Assembly (NCBI RefSeq): GCF_006345805.1
Contig: NC_042997.1
Span: 82,584,001 to 82,648,000, forward strand
Direction: 5' to 3'
DNA from: Octopus sinensis
Taxonomy: Eukaryota
Length of the DNA: 64,000 bases
The notes under the pieces were generated by a model. It was not told the DNA's origin and made no database searches. It saw nothing but the letters and a program-made list of their open reading frames with translations. This document shows, one piece after another, positions 60,741 through 64,000 of this stretch. The position numbers and the translations under genes are program-made. How positions within the stretch are numbered: position 1 is the stretch's first letter; every line of letters starts with the position of its first letter.

Positions 60741-61961
60741 TGTGTGTGCGCATCTATGTGTGTGTCTTTGTGTCTGTGTTTGCTGCCACCACTGCTTGGC
60801 AACCAGTGTCTGTGTGTTTACATTCCTGTAACTTAGCAGCTTGGCAAACGAGACCAATAGAATAAGTAACAAGCTTAAAAAAAAGTAAGTACTGGGGTTG
60901 ATTTATTTGACTAAACTTCTTGAAGGTGGTGCCCCAGCATGGTTGCAGTCTAATGACTAAAACAAGAGCTTAAAATATTAAACAACACAACACCCAGAAC
61001 TTTACACTCAGATTTGTTGGAACAAAGAATGAGATACCCACATCAGTCATTAACTAATAGGGCAATGTGTCCTTCAAAAATTTAATACTTTCCTAATCTA
61101 TTAACTATTCATTCTACTCTTGACCTACCTAAGTATTCTTTTCTTCTTTGAGGCTCTTTTGTGATCCTATTTTTTTGTTTGTGTTGTGTTATATTCTGAG
61201 TACATTGTATATATCTTTCATTATTGTCTTCCTTTATTCACATGTTTTACTATTGCAGTTGGTCTCCCCTTTTCATCTTTTCTGAGGAGTTGTACTACAT
61301 TTGAGCACTATATGCAACACACTTGATATTATTATTATTATAGTACTGATATAATAAAATGAGGGAAAAGAATTAAAACTTCTGAAATGGAAATGTTAAC
61401 GATCAGACATAAGCAGCTATTCAATACAATGGACGATGAAGAACCTAACCAGCTATATGACATGCAACAACACACACACACAAGCTATACAACAGACAGT
61501 CAAATATCCAGCAATCTGGAAATATAAGAAGCTGTACAGCAGCCAGTTGGGTACCTATACAGCTATATCATGGACAATCAAATAGGATAAGTTATACAAT
61601 ACATAATCAGATACATAATTAGCTACACCAGAGACCATCAGATATCTAATCGGCTGCTATACCATATACAATGAGGTAACATAAGAAGCTCTGCAACAGG
61701 CAACTTAAACAGCTACATTGCAAATAATAAAGCATATAGCTTCTTACCAAGGACCTTGGTAACAAGGTGTTTCACTATCAAGTACAAAATGCTACAAACA
61801 AAAGATATGTAATGAACAAACACATGACAACAAATACATGGTAATTATGATGACAATTACTTAAGCAAAAAAGAACAAAAAAAAAACCCAAGAACACAAC
61901 AAGCAATCATTTGTGTTTGAATGGCAATGTGGTACACATTAATTAGGTATATAAGTAGGTA

Positions 61962-61962
<1 letters not shown>

Positions 61963-61992
<30 letters not shown>

Positions 61993-62305
61993 GTTTAACG
62001 TCTGTTCTCCATGCTAGCATGGGTTGGATGGTTTGACCGGGGATCTGGGAAGCCAGAAGGCTACACCAGGCTCCAGTCTTATCTGGCAATGTTTCTACAG
62101 CTGGATGCCCTTCCTAATGCCAACCACTCCGTGAGTGTAGTGGGTGCTTTTTACGTGCCACCTGCACAGTTGCCAGGCGAGGCTGGCAACGGTCGGATTG
62201 GTGCATTTTACATGCCACCAGCACGGAAGCCAGTCGAGGCGGCACTGGCATCGGCCACGATTCGGATGGTGCTTTTTACGTGCCACCGGCATGGAAGCCA
62301 GTTGA
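61963..62305 (-). mobile_element. RTE-type LINE 3' end fragment
   Basis: (CAT)n followed by CGTTTAACGTC..., as in the other copies. Confidence 0.75.
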
Positions 62306-62329
62306 GGTACATAACAAAAAATTGTAAAC

Positions 62330-64000
62330 TGAATGACCAACCCTGCAATTTTTGCAAGATCATCATCCAAAATGTGAAGGACTTCTCTAAGTATTGTACA
62401 GCTAAAAGAAATGTCCCATTTATCAAACTGCAGCCAGTTCTTCTGGTCTCTTAACAAAAGAATCTCTAATAATTTTGTGGAATTCTCCTTTCCTTCATTT
62501 CTCAATCATAATGTCTCTGTTAGCAGGACTCCAATGGAAAAAAATCCCTCATATTAATTCACTGCTTTGCATCCAATTCCACACTGCACATGCTCCACTT
62601 TGATAAATTTAAAACATTATTCCTTTCCATTTTCCAGACTCATCCATGCATGCATAAATGTTATTTTGTAAATTTACATTTGGTCACATCAAAGCAACAA
62701 AGCCATCATCTTTGATGATGTACATTCTATTCTGCTTAAACAATGCACCCAGACTAGCTCTCATTTTCACTATACTTTTTAATCTCTCTCCCACACTCTC
62801 TTTTCCCAGAAATATGTTTTGATGTTTGGAAACATACTACATTCTGTAAAAAGAGCAACCCCTCTAACCCTGCCAAATATTGTCCTATCACACTTCCAAC
62901 ATTTGTAAGGTAATGGCAATAGCTATTTACAACCTTCTTCTCCAATACCTTCAGTTTCTCTATCCACTAAATAACCACAGGTAGAGCCTCCATAAAACTA
63001 CATCAAAAGAGACCCTTTTCTGTTCCATAACAGTGATTCCTTAATCATGAGAAATCTGGTGAAAACGGTGTTGTTGTGCCAAACATCAGCAAGGTATTTG
63101 ACCATGTCTAATGTACAAATCTCTTAGTAAGTAGACCTTTTCTGCCTCTTTGCATATAGTTTGCATCTTTTGGATCTATAACTTTTGTCAAATTACACTG
63201 TTGAGATATGCACTGAAGGAGCTTCCTCTGACTCACACTCTATTGATTCTGATGTGCCAAAAAGTTTGGTGCTCATCTTAAATTTTTTCTCCTGTAGCCC
63301 AATGTCCTACTTGCTGTTGCCTCGAATAATGGCCATTCTTATGTGGATGATACTGCCCTTCCACCCTCTCTAAACATCCTCATACAAATGTGATGCACAT
63401 ACCTCGTTTCAAACCTGCAAATTAGATACTTTGCTTCAAACCTGCACTGATTCCATGAGCAAAAACTTTGAAAACATCCTCCAATAGGATTATGTAAATT
63501 TTATCTCCTTCAATTGCACAATGACATAACAATTACACGTTTAGAAAACAGTATTATATCCTACCCCTAAGCACGAACAGTACTCAAATAGAATCCTCAA
63601 GTTCACTGAAGATCTCTCCTGGCAAACACACATCCTTCATATCACAAAAACTAGCTTTTTTCTTCAGGACCAGAAACTAGACAAAGCTCAGGTGAAGGGC
63701 CCACAGCAGAATACTAATCTTACATCTAGGACAGTACTGCCTCTACTCCCACAGATATCTTAGATTGCATAAAAAAAGAGGTCACCTATCTGACTGGCAA
63801 GAAATTACTTCTCAACACTCTCTAATATCCTTCCCACAGATGCAGTGTCATCTCTCTATTTTTATATCACTACTACAATGGTCTCTAGCACTTGAAACTG
63901 GTTGGTCTAGAACAACAACTGCTCAGACTATCCTGACTCAATCATTTCTCTTTTTCTCATTACCCACGTTTATCCATCCACATTATTCACTACACCTATT
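62330..64000 (+). mobile_element. Heavily decayed CR1/L2-like LINE RT remnant
   Basis: Scattered motifs P..YCPI.L, NISKVFDHV, YVDDT and DLSWQTHI, with many frameshifts. Confidence 0.6.

Overview
AT-rich, microsatellite-dense metazoan genomic DNA. The repeat families suggest an octopus or other cephalopod (inference). Four protein genes are supported. (1) The last two exons of PNPO (+). (2) DHX29 (-), whose whole 1364-codon CDS has no intron. (3) RPL27 (+, 4 coding exons, 136 aa), head-to-head with DHX29 across a very short bidirectional promoter, with duplicated H/ACA snoRNAs in one intron. (4) A multi-pass amino-acid-permease-like gene (-) that the ORF track does not resolve, rebuilt from 9 phase-compatible exons over 34 kb; its 5' part lies beyond the window. 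The introns of that gene are packed with mobile DNA: Tc1, maT and piggyBac-type elements, RTE and RLE-type LINE remnants, SINEs, a complete non-autonomous LTR element with a tRNA-Trp primer site, and a Penelope-like element. The most notable signal is a cluster of minimal type I hammerhead ribozyme motifs between 39 and 53 kb. One ends the Penelope-like element, one lies in a 263-bp tandem retrozyme-like repeat, and one is an orphan. All calls were made by eye; no database searches or folding programs were run.
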